From an uncultured Thermoplasmata archaeon (GTDB lineage Archaea; Thermoplasmatota; Thermoplasmata; Halarchaeoplasmatales; Halarchaeoplasmataceae): a DNA stretch of 64,000 nucleotides. Position numbers and translations under genes: made by a program. Shown in pieces: positions 36,201 through 45,193 of the stretch (the first letter of the stretch is position 1; each line of letters opens with the position of its first letter). Under the pieces are notes generated by a model, which searched no databases, had not been told where the DNA came from, and saw nothing but the letters and a program-made list of their open reading frames with translations. The DNA is taken from assembly GCA_964486225.1 (NCBI GenBank), contig CAZAMQ010000001.1, positions 2,660 through 66,659 on the forward strand, given 5' to 3'.

Positions 36201-38516
36201 GTCGGCCCTGTAGTCCCTGGTGACAGTGATGAGTTCATCGCAAGGGTCAGTATCCCCGGAAGCGCCTCCATGGGAGAATACGATCTCGCAGATATCACTG
36301 CAACATCACAAGGAGATCCCGACGTGAACGACACGGTAGAGGTCAGGACGGAAGTTTTAGCTCGGATACTTCTTGTGGAAGATGATCACGATATAAATTC
36401 CGCACCCTGGTACGTTAACGCACTTGATGATGGGGGATACGAATACAACCTTTGGCAGGTGGAAAGTATGGGCAGCCCCAGCCTGGAAATACTCCAATTA
36501 TACTATTCGGTCATTTGGTTCACCGGGAATACGTATGGTTATTATACCGAGACATTGAGTGCTACGGACAGGGAAAATATCGAGAACTATCTATCCGGCG
36601 GAGGAAGTATCTATCTATCCGGTTCTCTTGTTCAATATGACGCCTACAACGTAAATCATTGGGGCGATTGGTTCGAAACATGGTTCCATACGGAAGCCGT
36701 CGATCCGAGCGAGGGGGGATATGGTGAAGGTTGGAGTTTTTTCATGGATGAATCACAAACGATATACGGTTATGACGGGGATCCCATCGGCGACGGTATG
36801 GTGTTAGACTCGCATCAGGGAGATCACTGTGATGAGCTATTCGGCACGTATTTCATAAATACTCCCATCGGCGACGGTGAAAGTTCATTCTACTATGATC
36901 CGGGCCTACCGGGCGGAAGCGACGGTGCTATCGTCCGAGCGGATACCGGAACCTACCGGACGGTATTCTCCGCCTTCGATTTCGCAGATATAGACGATGC
37001 AACTGTGCGTGCCACCCTGATGGACAGGATACTTCAGTGGATCTTGCCTTCAAACCTTCCACCTGATCCGCCTGGGATTCCATCACCTTCAGATGGTGCA
37101 GTCGATGTGAGTATCAACCCGATGCTGAGTGTCGTGGTAACGGATCCGGATGAAGATTTCATGACCGTTTCCTTCTACGACGCTTTCGACGACAGCCTTA
37201 TCGGCACAGATACCGATGTGTACAGTGGTGATCCTGCAAATGTGGAATGGACGGGGCTTGAAGATTTTACAGAGTACGGTTGGTACGCGGTTGCAGATGA
37301 CGGAGAATACACGACACTATCTGCAACGTGGCATTTCACGACGGGAGACTCGATACCGCCGACGGTTATTGATACCGAACCATCGGACGGTGCCTTGGAT
37401 GTGGAAGTAGACACATCAATAATCATCACTTTCAGCACTGAAATGGAAACGACCAGTGTAGAGGATGACTTCACTATCTCCCCTCACGTTTCAGGTACTT
37501 TCATCTGGGACAGCGAAGATACTATACTCACCTACATCTTGGATGAGAACTTGACATATTCAACATCGTATGAGGTGACCATCGGTTCCGGTTCAAGGGG
37601 TAAAAACGGAGTATACATGGAGACCGATCACCAGTTTAGCTTCACCGCGGATGATCCTCCGGACCAACCTCCGGAGGTTATCATACACGCGCCTTCAACC
37701 GGTTATGAATACGAATTTGGTGATACCGTCCTCATTGACTGGACTGCCTCCGATGACAATCCCCTTCCCGAGATGCCGATAACAATAGAGATATCCTATG
37801 ATAGCGGTACCACATGGGAGAACCTTGTGGAGAGCATAAACAACACTGGCAGTTATTCCTGGACTCCCGATATAATCTCTAACAACGTTCGCATACGTAT
37901 CACATGTGTTGATAGTGCAGGTCAATATACAACGGTGAGCACGGGTGATTTTAGTATAGTCGATACCAGCCCTCCGGTTGTGGTCAGAACGTCACCGGAA
38001 GACGAAGAAGAAGATGTGTCTGTGGACACACAGATCATCGTGGAGTTCAACGAAGCTATTGCATACGACAACATAGAGGTAACTGTATCAAGTGACGAGA
38101 CAGATATTGAAGGTACATGGGAACTAAGTAACGACGAGCATACTCTTATTTTCACACCCGACAGCGATCTTAAACATGATACTCGGTACACTGTGGTCCT
38201 CGACGCGGAAGACCACTACGGTAATGGTATGGAACACGAATTCTCCTTCACAACGGGTAGTGGATTCCCTTCCTTTATGGATCTCTGGTGGTTATTGTTG
38301 ATCGCGGTGATAATAGTTATCGCGATTATCATAATCGTCTTAAAGAAAAAGGGTGGTAAAGGACCTGTAGAGGAAGAATCACCCGTACCGTATGAGGGCA
38401 CGGTGCAGTTAGATGAAACCTGGGAACAACCGCCTCCTGAAGAGTCTTTTGATACCTTCTCGGAGGACACTCAACAAACACCACTTCCATCCGAAGTACC
38501 GGATGAAAAGTTATAA
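33294..38516 (+). CDS. Giant cell-surface (S-layer/adhesin-like) glycoprotein with an N-terminal signal/TM segment, a triplicated ~110-aa module, Ig-like domains and a C-terminal TM anchor followed by an acidic tail.
   Basis: 1740-aa ORF. The hydrophobic N-terminus is MLVLMMILTVFIPM, with a likely true start near 33354. The C-terminal LWWLLLIAVIIVIAIIIIVLKKK TM segment is followed by a Glu/Pro-rich tail. Asn/Thr/Ser/Asp-rich composition. Confidence 0.8.
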   Translation: MKINNTHSKYSFAGKREKSIMLVLMMILTVFIPMMYSVSSQPVDGGATDLTVYEPGQNKDGTMEGFTSSNGGGTFNKNRFQLTSSKNSDITPLDTGGPDIFGYEWVDSNPPDPTVSYTWVDGITGGTATGLGDDDWIGPISMGMSIEYYGIYYDEVYIMSNGWISFVDYDTWFQTDPIPGDTIYNGIISPFSCDLNPASAGEVYYRFISGTPNQFVVTYDGVPYYGTSDYQTFQIVLNETGDIWFNYQDLNNLAYYNVGIENEDSTDGLDYDSEAEPLSSETSIMFYFNPLPHQCRLTPEIQGSYGEPGTEVDYTMTVMNDGLEDDIYDLSAAGNSWDVNFFDMGMNPITETNLVPAGDSEDFIARVSIPGGALEGDYDIADITVTSQGNASVNDTAQVWTQVPGAPFLLVDDSGSADCLPWFHQAFTDNGLDYDYWDTLWGTPTAGFMDDYDVVVWTTGDFSGGASTSGSAGDTLNITERDEIETFLNNNGRFYMSSGGLGWDGAFNGWANWIQDNFGAFAIHGDLYDPVDIVGVPDDPIGDGLDLQIHSGDHCPDLSGLWTLNDLVGETTWPPFEATTGEAMSTRIVSSRAVYTAFDLADVNGQANRSELLVRILDWLLMEYDVYLSPDFQMSAGAEGTDIDHLITVNNVGTEDDTYALSVSGNAWDVDLFDMSMNPITDIGPVPAGDSVDFIARVIVDGGASPGDFDMADITATSQGNASVGVTAQIRTQVPYMIPWFDDMESGEGGWIPDDDGSTRWELGNPTGFGPGSAYSPVNCWGTNLIEDYDNNADVSLVSPAIDASDYPGGATLSFWMWFHSENGLDSGWVEVSTDGSNWEVITPDEGPAYEFTMWGEGYTGDLGGWHEVEFDLAGYTDGILWFRFRFRSDSYVTRPGWYIDDVGVNPPPPYRFVLGPESQSNFGDPGTEVDHVLTVTNTGMEVDTYDLSVTNSTWTVDFYDTSMDPITNVGPVVPGDSDEFIARVSIPGSASMGEYDLADITATSQGDPDVNDTVEVRTEVLARILLVEDDHDINSAPWYVNALDDGGYEYNLWQVESMGSPSLEILQLYYSVIWFTGNTYGYYTETLSATDRENIENYLSGGGSIYLSGSLVQYDAYNVNHWGDWFETWFHTEAVDPSEGGYGEGWSFFMDESQTIYGYDGDPIGDGMVLDSHQGDHCDELFGTYFINTPIGDGESSFYYDPGLPGGSDGAIVRADTGTYRTVFSAFDFADIDDATVRATLMDRILQWILPSNLPPDPPGIPSPSDGAVDVSINPMLSVVVTDPDEDFMTVSFYDAFDDSLIGTDTDVYSGDPANVEWTGLEDFTEYGWYAVADDGEYTTLSATWHFTTGDSIPPTVIDTEPSDGALDVEVDTSIIITFSTEMETTSVEDDFTISPHVSGTFIWDSEDTILTYILDENLTYSTSYEVTIGSGSRGKNGVYMETDHQFSFTADDPPDQPPEVIIHAPSTGYEYEFGDTVLIDWTASDDNPLPEMPITIEISYDSGTTWENLVESINNTGSYSWTPDIISNNVRIRITCVDSAGQYTTVSTGDFSIVDTSPPVVVRTSPEDEEEDVSVDTQIIVEFNEAIAYDNIEVTVSSDETDIEGTWELSNDEHTLIFTPDSDLKHDTRYTVVLDAEDHYGNGMEHEFSFTTGSGFPSFMDLWWLLLIAVIIVIAIIIIVLKKKGGKGPVEEESPVPYEGTVQLDETWEQPPPEESFDTFSEDTQQTPLPSEVPDEKL
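34179..36358 (+). repeat. Three divergent copies of a ~320-bp coding module inside the surface-protein gene (approx. 34179-34506, 35185-35500, 36025-36358).
   Basis: At protein level: ...NSWDVNFFDMGMNPITETNLVPAGDSEDFIARVSIPGGA..., ...NAWDVDLFDMSMNPITDIGPVPAGDSVDFIARVIVDGGA..., ...STWTVDFYDTSMDPITNVGPVVPGDSDEFIARVSIPGSA.... At nucleotide level, CCTGCGGGAGACAGTG...GATTTCATCGCAAG is shared by copies 1 and 2. Confidence 0.7.
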
Positions 38517-38529
38517 AACCGCTTCCCAT

Positions 38530-38556
38530 CTTTTATTTCTTCATTTTCGGACATCT
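38530..38556 (+). terminator. Oligo-T-rich stretch (CTTTTATTTCTTCATTTT) downstream of the surface-protein gene, a candidate archaeal terminator.
   Basis: T-runs immediately 3-prime of the stop at 38516. Confidence 0.3.
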
Positions 38557-38570
38557 AGAGCATGCTCCAA

Positions 38571-38587
38571 AAACCTATTATAACACC
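38571..38587 (+). promoter_or_regulatory. Candidate TATA box (AAACCTATTATAACACC) for the POR operon.
   Basis: TATA-like element 31-47 bp upstream of the porG ATG at 38618. Confidence 0.3.
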
Positions 38588-38617
38588 CTATCTTACCATC
38601 ATCTAAGGTGCTTTTAG

Positions 38618-39178
38618 ATGATAGAGATAAGGTTTCACGGAAGAGGCGGACAGGGTGCGGTTACAGCATCGGAATTGCTTGCCCGAACCGCCTTTGAGGA
38701 AGGAAACGACGTACAGGCTTTTCCGATGTACGGTGTGGAGAGAAGAGGTGCACCTGTCACCGCTTTTACTAGGATCGACAGCAAGGCGGTGCGGAACAAA
38801 GCACAGATCCACGAACCGGATGTTGTGATAGTTATGGACATGGCACTACTGGATGCCGTGGATGTCACAGCGGGATTGAAGGCCGGTGGTAAGGTGATCC
38901 TTAACACAAGCAAAGCCTCGGATGATATCGATCTGAACGTTGACAACCCGATATATACTGTGGATGCAAGCAGCATAGCCGTTGAGCACAGATTGGGTTC
39001 TAAGGTTGCACCCATCGTCAACACCGCCATACTCGGAGCCGTGGTAAGGGCCACAGGGATAGTAGAGATAGAGAAACTACTCGACGTAGTCCGAAGAGAC
39101 GCTCCTGCAAAGAAGGAGGAAAATGCCAGGGCAACGAAACAAGCATACGATGAAGTAAGAGGTGAAGATATTGAGTGA
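38618..39178 (+). CDS. porG: Pyruvate/2-ketoisovalerate:ferredoxin oxidoreductase gamma subunit.
   Basis: [22 protein letters not shown]... is the canonical POR-gamma N-terminus. Gene order gamma-delta-alpha-beta. Confidence 0.85.
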
Positions 39179-39482
39179 AGAAGAGGTTGTCAGGATCGTG
39201 ATAGACCCCAAAGACCACAGGGACGTACCCTTAACATGGGTAACCGACTGCCCGTCTCATCTTATGAACAAAACCGGCAGTTGGAGGACCTTAAGACCCA
39301 TAGTGGACAATGAGAAATGCATCAAATGCGGTATCTGTTGGAAGTTCTGCCCGGACGTGTCCATACACGTGAAAGAAGATGGTGCGGAAGTGGATTACGA
39401 TTACTGCAAGGGGTGCGGGATATGTGCAAATGAATGTCCCGTAGATGCAATAGAGATGAAAAAGGAGGAAGACTATGTCTGA
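39162..39482 (+). CDS. porD: POR/VOR delta subunit (2x[4Fe-4S] ferredoxin).
   Basis: [12 protein letters not shown] and [12 protein letters not shown] cluster motifs. Overlaps the gamma gene by 17 nt. Confidence 0.85.
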   Translation: MKILSEEEVVRIVIDPKDHRDVPLTWVTDCPSHLMNKTGSWRTLRPIVDNEKCIKCGICWKFCPDVSIHVKEDGAEVDYDYCKGCGICANECPVDAIEMKKEEDYV

Positions 39483-40668
39483 AATGAAGATCGTTTCCGG
39501 TAACTTCGCAGCGGCATACGGAGCAAAACTATCCAAGGTAGAGGTGGTTGCGGCATATCCCATAACGCCTCAGACCGAAGTGGTCGAAAAGATAGCGGAG
39601 TTGGTAGCTAACGGAGAAATGGATTCGGAATACATAAAGGTAGAAAGTGAGCATTCCGCGATGGCTGCTTGTATCGCGGCATCGAATACCGGTGCACGTG
39701 CATACACCGCATCTTCCGCCCATGGGTTAGCACTGATGCACGAACTTCTCATATGGGCATCCGGCGCAAGACTGCCTGTGGTGATGACAAACATAAACAG
39801 GGCGATGGGCCCGCCTTGGAGCGTGTGGGCAGATCACCTAGATACATTGGCCCAGAAGGCTACAGGTCAGCTACAATTCTTCTGCGAGAACAATCAGGAG
39901 GTTTTGGACAGCATAATAATGGCCTACAAGATATGTGAGGATAGCGACATAATGCTGCCGGCGATGGTGGTTGAGGACGCATTCATCTTGAGCCACACTA
40001 AAGAACCGGTGGAGATATATGATCAGGAATTGGTGGACGAGTTTTTACCGCCCTACGATCCGGAATACAAATTGGATGTGAACAGACCCTTCGGTTTCGG
40101 CTCACTGGGAATGCCGGATTGGTACATGGACTTCAGGTACAAGATGGCGGAGTCCATGGAGAAAGCGAAGGATAAGATAGAGGCAGTTAATAAGGAATTC
40201 AAAGAAGTCTTCGGAAGGGACAATGGCGGTCTTATCGAGGAATACAAAACGGATGGTGTGGATGTACTCATATTCACTATGGGTTCCATATCAAGCACGT
40301 CCAAGGACGTCATCGACGAGCTCAGGGATGAAGGGCACAACATAGGTCTAGCGAGACTTCGAACGTTCAGACCCTTCCCTGTGGAAAAAATAAGAGAATT
40401 GACTAAAGATGTGAACGTTTTAGGTATACTTGACCGCAGCTACACCTTCGGCCACGGAGGAGATTCCGCCCGTGAGATCAAAGACGCACTGTACGGGCAC
40501 AAGGATATTGTGCTGAAAAATTATATCGTCGGTCTCGGCGGCAGAGACCTTACCCCGAAGATACTGAAGAACATAATGCTGGACACCCTATCTCTTCAGG
40601 ACAAGGAACCGGAACAGGATATAGAATGGGTGGACCTTAGGATAAATCAGGAACGATGGAGGCGATAA
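39475..40668 (+). CDS. porA: POR/VOR alpha subunit.
   Basis: 397 aa with the N-terminal GNxAAAYGA...[10 protein letters not shown] motif of the POR alpha family. Confidence 0.85.
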   Translation: MSEMKIVSGNFAAAYGAKLSKVEVVAAYPITPQTEVVEKIAELVANGEMDSEYIKVESEHSAMAACIAASNTGARAYTASSAHGLALMHELLIWASGARLPVVMTNINRAMGPPWSVWADHLDTLAQKATGQLQFFCENNQEVLDSIIMAYKICEDSDIMLPAMVVEDAFILSHTKEPVEIYDQELVDEFLPPYDPEYKLDVNRPFGFGSLGMPDWYMDFRYKMAESMEKAKDKIEAVNKEFKEVFGRDNGGLIEEYKTDGVDVLIFTMGSISSTSKDVIDELRDEGHNIGLARLRTFRPFPVEKIRELTKDVNVLGILDRSYTFGHGGDSAREIKDALYGHKDIVLKNYIVGLGGRDLTPKILKNIMLDTLSLQDKEPEQDIEWVDLRINQERWRR

Positions 40669-41567
40669 AAATGGCAAAATTACCGGAGATAGAATTGATG
40701 AACCGGGGAACTACTGCATGTCCCGGCTGCGGTGCGGCACATGCGATGAGATACACACTCAAAGCTCTTGGGAAGAATACCATTATGAACATACCGGCCT
40801 GCTGCTGGGCAGTAATTCCTGGCGTCTGGCCATCAAGGAATCTGGACATACCGCTGCTTTACCATGCATTCGAAGCCACCGGTGCAGCATCGTCTGGGAT
40901 CAGGGCCGGTCTTGACGCCAAGGGTATCGACCCCAGAGAGATAACCGTAGTGGGATTCGCCGGTGACGGCGGTACCGCTGACATAGGCATACAGGCACTT
41001 TCCGGGTGCATAGAAAGGGGCACGGATACCATACAGATAATGTACGACAATGAGGCCTACATGAACACCGGTATCCAGAGGAGCAGTGAAACACCCTATG
41101 GCGCGTGGACTACAACCACACCCGTGGGAAAACAGAATGTATGGAAGAAGAAGCCCAAGAAGAACATGATGGAGATAGTCAACGCCCACGGTGCACCCTA
41201 TGCGGCTACAGTGAGCATCGGACATCCTGAGTCGATGATCGACAAGATACGGAGGGCTAAGGAAATACCCGGACCAAAGTTCATCCATATATATGCACCG
41301 TGTCCCACTGGATGGCGCTCGAACCCCTCTCTTACGATAGAGCTCTGCAGACTAGCAGTGGACAGCTGTGTATTCCCTCTTTACGAGATAGAGAACGGCG
41401 TTTACAAGGTTTACAATAAGCCAAAGAAGAAGATACCTGTAAAGGATTACTTGAAGCTACAGGGACGTTTCAGACATCTTCCCGAAGAAGAGGTAGAGAG
41501 GATCCAGAAGAACGTTGATAAAGAATGGGAACTCCTTTTGAAAAAGGAAGAATTCACTAATGAATAA
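40656..41567 (+). CDS. porB: POR/VOR beta subunit (TPP-binding, Cys cluster).
   Basis: CPGCG...GDGG...TDIG motifs of the TPP-binding beta subunit. 303 aa. Confidence 0.85.
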   Translation: MEAIKMAKLPEIELMNRGTTACPGCGAAHAMRYTLKALGKNTIMNIPACCWAVIPGVWPSRNLDIPLLYHAFEATGAASSGIRAGLDAKGIDPREITVVGFAGDGGTADIGIQALSGCIERGTDTIQIMYDNEAYMNTGIQRSSETPYGAWTTTTPVGKQNVWKKKPKKNMMEIVNAHGAPYAATVSIGHPESMIDKIRRAKEIPGPKFIHIYAPCPTGWRSNPSLTIELCRLAVDSCVFPLYEIENGVYKVYNKPKKKIPVKDYLKLQGRFRHLPEEEVERIQKNVDKEWELLLKKEEFTNE

Positions 41568-41579
41568 GGAGGTAAAAAC

Positions 41580-43418
41580 ATGAAAGTACTCCTGGATGAC
41601 GACCCCGGCAAGAAGGTGCTGCTCTTGGGGAATGAGGCCATAGTAAGAGGCGCTTTGGAAGCTGGTATAGGCCACGGTTCAACATACCCGGGAACACCGT
41701 CTTCGGAGATAGGTAATACCTTCGAGAAGGTGGCCAAGGAATACGGTATGTACTTCGAGTACTCGGCCAACGAGAAAGTAGCTCTGGAAGTGGGTGCCGC
41801 TGCGGCGGTATCCGGGGTGCGTTCCATGGTATGGATGAAGCACGTCGGTGTTAACGTAGCAGCCGATGCGCTCATGACATTGATGTACTGCGGTACCAGG
41901 GCGGGCTTGGTGATAGTGGCCGCCGGAGACCCATCGGTTCATTCCAGCCAGAACGAGCAGGACAATCGTTATTACTCGATGTTAGGCAACATACCCATGC
42001 TGGAACCGACGACACCCCAGGAGTGCAAAGAGATGGTGAAGTACGCCTTCGACCTTTCCGAAGAGCTCGAATTACCGGTGCTGATAAGAACCACGACAAG
42101 GGTGAACCATGCCAGAGGGATAGTCACTTATGAAGATCTCAGACCCCCTGCCCCCAAAGGCCATTTTGAAAAGGAACCCGGCCGGTTCGTTGCGGTGCCG
42201 AGCACGGCACTGAATAATCATCCACGTTTATTGGGTCACATGAAGGAGGCCGAGCCCATATCTGAGGATTCGCCTTTTTCAAAGGGATATAACAGTGATA
42301 ATGCGGAACTGCATGTGATAGCATCCGGAGCGGGGTTCAACTATGTTTTAGAGGCGAAGGAGACTTACGGATTGCCGATAGATATACTGAAACTCGGTAT
42401 GACCAATCCCTTCCCGAAGAAGAAGGTCGCCGAATTCATCAAAGATGCAAAGCATATACTGGTAGTTGAAGAGCTGGAACCGTTCATGGAGGACAAGATA
42501 ACACAGATAGCCAAGGATGTAAATCCAGATGTGAAGATATACGGTAAACATACCGGGCATTTTTCAAGGTTGTACGAGTACGATCCCGATATAGTCATGG
42601 ATGCTATCTCAAAGATTATAGACTTCAAGTTTGAAGAACGCGCTCTCAAACCGAAGGAATTCGATCTGCCGTCTAGGCCCCCCTCTTTATGTCCGGGATG
42701 TCCTCACCGAGCTACTTACTACGCAGTCAAGCGTGCATTGGGTAAAAAGGAAGCTGTTTTCTCCACCGATATAGGTTGCTACACACTCGGTATCCAAGAT
42801 CCCATGAACACGGCGGACTTTTTACTCTGTATGGGTTCCAGCGTTGGAGCCGCAGGGGGATTTTCCAAGAATACCGACCAGAAGGTATTTGCTTTCTTGG
42901 GCGATTCGACCTTTTTTCACTCCGGACTGCCGGCACTGGTGAGCGGTGTTTACAATCAACACGACTTCGTTTACGTTATAATGGATAACAGGACGACAGC
43001 TATGACAGGACATCAACCGCATCCGGGAACCGGTATAACCGGTATGGGAGACCCTGCGCCTATGCTTTCAATAGAAGATCTTGCCAGGGGTGCGGGTGTA
43101 GAATTCGTCGAGACAGTCGATCCCTTCGATATCAAGAAAACAACGGAAGTTTTCCGAAGGGCCATCGAGCATCCTGGGATAGCCGTCGTTGTACCAAAAC
43201 ATCCATGTGTGCTGATAGAGGAAGGAAAGATCAAGGAACCTGCCTATGTAGTTGATCAGGAAGTGTGCACTCAGTGTCATGTCTGCACCGATAAATTCGG
43301 ATGTACGGCTCTGGTTAGGGACGGAGACGTTGTGAGCATAAATTCCACCCTATGTATCGGCTGCGGCCAGTGTGCACAGGTATGTCCCTTCGACGCCATC
43401 ATCCAGGAGGTGAAATGA
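41580..43418 (+). CDS. iorA: Indolepyruvate:ferredoxin oxidoreductase alpha subunit.
   Basis: 612 aa. N-terminal LLGNEAIVRGALEAG, a TPP motif (GDSTFFHSG), and a C-terminal 2x CxxCxxCxxxCP. Confidence 0.85.
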   Translation: MKVLLDDDPGKKVLLLGNEAIVRGALEAGIGHGSTYPGTPSSEIGNTFEKVAKEYGMYFEYSANEKVALEVGAAAAVSGVRSMVWMKHVGVNVAADALMTLMYCGTRAGLVIVAAGDPSVHSSQNEQDNRYYSMLGNIPMLEPTTPQECKEMVKYAFDLSEELELPVLIRTTTRVNHARGIVTYEDLRPPAPKGHFEKEPGRFVAVPSTALNNHPRLLGHMKEAEPISEDSPFSKGYNSDNAELHVIASGAGFNYVLEAKETYGLPIDILKLGMTNPFPKKKVAEFIKDAKHILVVEELEPFMEDKITQIAKDVNPDVKIYGKHTGHFSRLYEYDPDIVMDAISKIIDFKFEERALKPKEFDLPSRPPSLCPGCPHRATYYAVKRALGKKEAVFSTDIGCYTLGIQDPMNTADFLLCMGSSVGAAGGFSKNTDQKVFAFLGDSTFFHSGLPALVSGVYNQHDFVYVIMDNRTTAMTGHQPHPGTGITGMGDPAPMLSIEDLARGAGVEFVETVDPFDIKKTTEVFRRAIEHPGIAVVVPKHPCVLIEEGKIKEPAYVVDQEVCTQCHVCTDKFGCTALVRDGDVVSINSTLCIGCGQCAQVCPFDAIIQEVK

Positions 43419-43419
43419 C

Positions 43420-44004
43420 ATGACGAATATCGTTATAGTCGGCGTAGGCGGACAGGGGATATTGACCTCTTCACAGGTTATCGGCCGCGCTGCGATGACC
43501 AAAGGGCTTGATGTGTTCATGAGCGAGGTCCACGGCATGGCACAGCGTGGTGGAGTAGTGGTAACCACCGTAAAGCTGGGAGAAAAGGTCTACAGTCCGC
43601 TGATAGGCGACGGGGACGCCGATATCGTGCTGGGCTTCGAGCCTGTAGAAACTTTCCGCGCTGTCAGCAAAGCTTCCAAGGATACATGGGTTATCACCAA
43701 TACTGCACCGATAGTTCCATTTACGGTGAGTACGGGTAAACAAACCTATCCGGACATCGAGGAAATATTTAGTGCAGTGGATGAAGTTACAGATAAATTC
43801 TTCAAACTGGAAGCACGCCAACTCGCTGTGGAGGCCGGTGCAGCTATCACTCAGAATATAGTGATGGTAGGCGCACTCACGGCCACGGGCGTACTGCCCA
43901 TGTCCAAGGTTGAGATGCTGGAAGCGGTCAAAAAAAGTGTACCTGAGCGGTTCAGAGATATAAACGAAAAGGCTTTCCTCAAAGGTTACGAACAGATACA
44001 GTGA
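43420..44004 (+). CDS. iorB: Indolepyruvate:ferredoxin oxidoreductase beta subunit.
   Basis: IVIVGVGGQGILTSSQVIG N-terminus. Immediately follows iorA with a 1-nt gap. Confidence 0.85.
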   Translation: MTNIVIVGVGGQGILTSSQVIGRAAMTKGLDVFMSEVHGMAQRGGVVVTTVKLGEKVYSPLIGDGDADIVLGFEPVETFRAVSKASKDTWVITNTAPIVPFTVSTGKQTYPDIEEIFSAVDEVTDKFFKLEARQLAVEAGAAITQNIVMVGALTATGVLPMSKVEMLEAVKKSVPERFRDINEKAFLKGYEQIQ

Positions 44005-45152
44005 TGAGTCCTAACCGCCGCTTACTAGCTTTAGCGGTTTCCGCCGCTTTTTTAGTACCTTTAGCGGGTTCGATCTATATGCCGAACATAGGCAACGTAA
44101 GCGGAGAGTTCGGATATACATATTTGATCCCACTCACGGTGACCGGCTACGTCCTTGCCGAGGCATTTTCGTATCTTGTTTACGGCCCGTTATCCGACAG
44201 ATACGGCAGAAGACGGGTTTACGTACCGGCTCTTTATGGTTTTACAGTATCTTCCGTACTTTGTTATCTATCATGGGGTGCCGGTATCCTGGTACTGTTC
44301 AGAATATTTCAGGGCTTATGTGTGACCATCGGCTTTGCCGTAGGCTCCGCGGTGATAACAGATGTTTATCGTCCTTCCGTACGGGGTCGGGCCATGGGTG
44401 TTTTTTACGCATTTCCCTTGGCAGCACCTCCGGTAGGATTTTTTTTAGGAGGCTTTATCGGTAGTTACTTTGGCTGGAGATACGTGTTCTTGCTTCTTAC
44501 CGCAGCAGGGCTTACTGTTGCAGTGATGTTCACATTGTTCTTCCGTGAGACCAAAAGTGAGTTTTTGGAGGGACACGGCATGAGGAGCATAGCTTTCGGT
44601 GTCTTACGAAACCGTAAGTTCGCCTCTTCCACTTTGTTGGGTGTATCACTTTTCGCAACCCTGTACACATTCCTGGTTTTCTTTGTCATCCTGTTGGGTG
44701 AGATTTACGGTCTGGATTCTTTTGGTATAGGGTTGATCTTCATGGGTGTCGCCCTGGCAGATTCCGTCTCTGCTTATATCGGCGGTAGATTATCAGATGT
44801 ATATTCCAGACGTCGGGTTTTCATTTTCAGCGGTGTTATCTCCTCCTTCGGTACGCTTTTATTTGCGATCACATTGGGTATGCCTCTGGTATATCCCGTG
44901 TTCTCATATCTGATGTTCGCCATCGGGCTCGGCCTATCAAGCCCTCCCCTTATCACATATGCCATGGAGACCGCGCCGGAAAGTACTGGTACGGCGTCGG
45001 GTATCTACAACTTTATGAGGTCCGCCGGGGCCGCCGGTCTCACTTTCGTAGGTTATTTCATCATAGATATCTTTAGCTTCGCGGTGCTGTTCTCTCTTTG
45101 CGCTCTCTGGATAGTGATATCATTAACGATAGCCTGGAGATTCGCCGATTGA
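44001..45152 (+). CDS. MFS-family transporter.
   Basis: 383 aa, ~12 TM. Contains the MFS motif-A-like segment GPLSDRYGRRRV. Confidence 0.75.
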   Translation: MMSPNRRLLALAVSAAFLVPLAGSIYMPNIGNVSGEFGYTYLIPLTVTGYVLAEAFSYLVYGPLSDRYGRRRVYVPALYGFTVSSVLCYLSWGAGILVLFRIFQGLCVTIGFAVGSAVITDVYRPSVRGRAMGVFYAFPLAAPPVGFFLGGFIGSYFGWRYVFLLLTAAGLTVAVMFTLFFRETKSEFLEGHGMRSIAFGVLRNRKFASSTLLGVSLFATLYTFLVFFVILLGEIYGLDSFGIGLIFMGVALADSVSAYIGGRLSDVYSRRRVFIFSGVISSFGTLLFAITLGMPLVYPVFSYLMFAIGLGLSSPPLITYAMETAPESTGTASGIYNFMRSAGAAGLTFVGYFIIDIFSFAVLFSLCALWIVISLTIAWRFAD

Positions 45153-45193
45153 ACCAAAAGTTATTTTTATAATGGTCAAAGGTAATATTAGAT

